Assembly (NCBI GenBank): GCA_031962025.1
Contig: JAVRKW010000001.1
Reading direction: 5' to 3' (one strand)
Length of the DNA stretch: 64,000 nucleotides
Source: Pseudothermotoga sp.
GTDB taxonomy: Bacteria; Thermotogota; Thermotogae; Thermotogales; DSM-5069
Notes under the pieces: generated by a model
Told to the model about the DNA's origin: nothing
The model's database searches: none
Seen by the model: only the letters and a program-made list of their open reading frames with translations
Translations under genes and position numbers: made by a program
Part shown: one piece after another, positions 61,375 to 64,000 of the stretch
Layout: each line of letters opens with the position of its first letter
Position numbering within the stretch: position 1 is the first letter of the stretch

Positions 61375-63966
61375 TCACCTCTTTACCCTGAATCTCTTTT
61401 TTATTTTCTCATCTTTTTGTAACTTTCTCCTCTCCGATCTGTTTACAATGTCGAACTCTTCATGCACAAGTTGAAGGTTTGCCAGATCTTTCTTTGCCTG
61501 TTGCTCTGCTTTTTGTTTGTCTGTTCTTACCACTCTGAGCATCCACGAAACAACAAGTTCGTTGACCCTTGCTATCATTTCATCGAACAGCGCGTATGTC
61601 TCTTTTTTGAATTCTATTATTGGATCTTTCTGACCATAAGCTCTCAAGTTAACAGCTTCCTTGACGTGTTCCACTTCTTCAAGGTACTGCCTCCAGTTGT
61701 CATCTATGATGCGCAAAACCAAAAACTTGAGGAACTGTGTGTATTCTTCCCCTATTTCTTCTTTTTTCTGGTTATACGATTTTTTCAGTGAATTTATCAA
61801 AAATTCTTTCAGCTGTTCTGGTGAATCGATCTTTATGCCGTCTAAGTTCACCACGCCTTTTGGCAGAATGGAAAGGGAATTTTTGAGACCTTCAATGTTA
61901 AATTCAGATCCATTGCAAAAGTCGTTTATCCTTCTTTCCACGAAATCCTCAATTGCCTCATCTATGTACTGTTCGACCTTACCAGACAAAATCCAGTCTC
62001 TGTATGAGTAGACAGAATTTCTCTGCGCATCCAAAACAGTATCCATTTCCATCAGGTGTTTTCTTATGGAGAAGTTTATTCCCTCTACTCTTTTTTGCAC
62101 CGTTTCTATCAGTTTTGTCAAAAGTGGGTGCTCTATCGGCTCGCCGGGTTTGATCTTTAACACGTTCATGACCTTTTCGAGCTGGTCTTTTCCGAATATC
62201 CTCAATAGATCATCCTCAAGTGATAAGTAAAATCTCGATTCTCCCGGATCACCCTGTCTGCCAGCCCGTCCCCTTAACTGGTTGTCGATGCGTCTGCTCT
62301 CATGACGTTCTGTCCCTATGATGCACAGACCGCCGAGCTCGGCGACGCCTTCACCCAGCTTTATATCCGTACCTCTTCCAGCCATATTGGTCGCAATCGT
62401 AACTGCACCTTTCTGCCCGGCAAGGGCTATTATCTGTGCTTCTTTCTCGTGATACTTGGCGTTCAACACCTGATGGGGAATATTCACCTTTTTGAGCATA
62501 GAACTGAGTAGTTCACTTTTTTCTATTGATGTTGTACCGATCAGAACAGGTTGTCCTTTTTTGTGTTTCTCAACCACTTGATTCACAACCGCTGCGTATT
62601 TTTCAGCCTGTGTACGGTATATCAGATCATCGTAATCTTTTCTTATCATAGGCTTATGTGTTGGAATCACTACAACTTCCATTTCATAAAGCTGTTTGAA
62701 CTCTTCTTCTTCAGTTTTGGCTGTACCAGTCATTCCGGCGAGTTTTTCATACATCTTGAAGTAATTCTGAAAGGTTATTGTCGCATAGGTTATGGATTCC
62801 TCTTTGATCGGGACCGATTCCTTCGCCTCAATTGCTTGATGTAATCCTCCACTGTAGCGCCTGCCGGGTAAAAGCCTGCCCGTGAACTCGTCTACTATGA
62901 TCACTTCTTGATTCATGATGACGTAATCAACATCTTTTTTAAACAGGTGCAGAGCTTTTAAAGCATTCAGCAGATGATAGACGTTGTTCACATTCGAAGG
63001 ATCATACAGGTTTTCAACGCCTATTAGTTTTTCGGCTTTCTCGATTCCTTTCTCTGTCAAAACGACTGTTCGAGATTTTTCATCAATGGTGAAATCTGTA
63101 TCTTTGACCATTTTTTTTGCTAAAGCTGCAAAGCGTTTGTAAATAGAGGCACCTTCTCGTGAAGGTCCTGAAATTATCAGCGGAGTGCGTGCCTCATCGA
63201 TCAGAATACTGTCAACCTCGTCTATTATCGCGTAAAAGTGTCCCCTCTGGACTTTATCTTCCAAGGAAAGGACCAAGTTATCACGCAAATAATCAAAGCC
63301 AAATTCGTTGTTCGTACCATAGGTGATATCACATTCGTATGCCTGTTTTCTGTCTATCTCAATCAAATCAACTGAAAATGCTTCCACTGCCTCAAGATTT
63401 TTCGCTGTATCTTTCAAAAATTCTTCTGTGTAGCCTTCTGGCCAGACGGAAAGATTTCTCTCTACAGCTGACTCGAACATATTTTTGTTCTTCCAGACCA
63501 CTTCGTAAGATTTTCCAAGCTGGTTTATAACCCCAACTCTCAATCCAAGAAACAAGTACAGAGGTCCCATCCACAGTGCATCACGGCGAGCAAGGTAATC
63601 GTTGACTGTGACAAGGTGTACACCTCTTCCACTCAAAGCGTTGAAGTACAGTGGCATAGTAGCCGCAAGAGTTTTTCCTTCACCAGTTTTCATTTCGGCG
63701 ACTTTACCATCATTCAGCGCAAGTCCACCGACGACCTGAACGTCGAAAGGATACATTCCCAGAACTCTTTTTGCCACAGTTCTTGCAAGCGCAAAACATT
63801 CTACAATGTTTTTTTCATCGGCACTTTTTCTAATTTGCTGAGATAGATCTATCAGTTCACGGTTGGTCGCTTTGCAAATGGTTTTCTCTGATTCCTTTAT
63901 TTTCTCGACGATTTTGAAGTATTTCTTGAGTAAAGCTTTATTTCTATCAAAAATGGCAAATCCCAT
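61375..63966 (-). CDS. secA: Preprotein translocase ATPase SecA
   Basis: [58 protein letters not shown]. Confidence 0.98.
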   Translation of the reverse strand: MGFAIFDRNKALLKKYFKIVEKIKESEKTICKATNRELIDLSQQIRKSADEKNIVECFALARTVAKRVLGMYPFDVQVVGGLALNDGKVAEMKTGEGKTLAATMPLYFNALSGRGVHLVTVNDYLARRDALWMGPLYLFLGLRVGVINQLGKSYEVVWKNKNMFESAVERNLSVWPEGYTEEFLKDTAKNLEAVEAFSVDLIEIDRKQAYECDITYGTNNEFGFDYLRDNLVLSLEDKVQRGHFYAIIDEVDSILIDEARTPLIISGPSREGASIYKRFAALAKKMVKDTDFTIDEKSRTVVLTEKGIEKAEKLIGVENLYDPSNVNNVYHLLNALKALHLFKKDVDYVIMNQEVIIVDEFTGRLLPGRRYSGGLHQAIEAKESVPIKEESITYATITFQNYFKMYEKLAGMTGTAKTEEEEFKQLYEMEVVVIPTHKPMIRKDYDDLIYRTQAEKYAAVVNQVVEKHKKGQPVLIGTTSIEKSELLSSMLKKVNIPHQVLNAKYHEKEAQIIALAGQKGAVTIATNMAGRGTDIKLGEGVAELGGLCIIGTERHESRRIDNQLRGRAGRQGDPGESRFYLSLEDDLLRIFGKDQLEKVMNVLKIKPGEPIEHPLLTKLIETVQKRVEGINFSIRKHLMEMDTVLDAQRNSVYSYRDWILSGKVEQYIDEAIEDFVERRINDFCNGSEFNIEGLKNSLSILPKGVVNLDGIKIDSPEQLKEFLINSLKKSYNQKKEEIGEEYTQFLKFLVLRIIDDNWRQYLEEVEHVKEAVNLRAYGQKDPIIEFKKETYALFDEMIARVNELVVSWMLRVVRTDKQKAEQQAKKDLANLQLVHEEFDIVNRSERRKLQKDEKIKKRFRVKR

Positions 63967-64000
63967 TTCACATTACCTCCACTCTATAAACGATCACTCC

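Overview
This is a densely coding, AT-rich bacterial chromosome segment from Thermotogota, most likely a Pseudothermotoga-like organism. That placement is inferred from the pgk/tpi frameshift junction, the drrA-hpkA-pdp gene order and a SecA with a large NBD1 insertion. Most genes are housekeeping or metabolic: pgk-tpi, an EF-G paralog, drrA/hpkA, rocD, a dpp/opp ABC operon with two tandem binding proteins, a YtrA-type GntR/ABC operon, mutL, a DUF1611 protein plus dipeptide epimerase, a composite Fe-S locus (SmsCB-like pair, PNP, two IscS/IscU pairs, ZIP), pepV, ligA, a split methylmalonyl-CoA mutase with MeaB and a LipS1-like radical SAM protein, a diguanylate cyclase, prfB and secA. There are two tRNAs, Leu-CAG and Pro-CGG. 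The one mobile element is an IS200/IS605-family insertion of about 1.59 kb just downstream of dppF/oppF. It carries an intact TnpB, both end hairpins, a TTGAT target motif, a predicted omega-RNA guide, and an internally deleted tnpA remnant that the ORF track misses. Other notable non-coding signals are a 9-A slippery site fusing PGK to TPI, mutually exclusive hairpins over the dppB ribosome-binding site, a 19-bp-spacer promoter containing a dyad, two operator palindromes, and a meaB stop codon lying antisense inside tRNA-Pro. No CRISPR array, rRNA or prophage was seen. All calls rest on motif recognition by eye; no searches were run.
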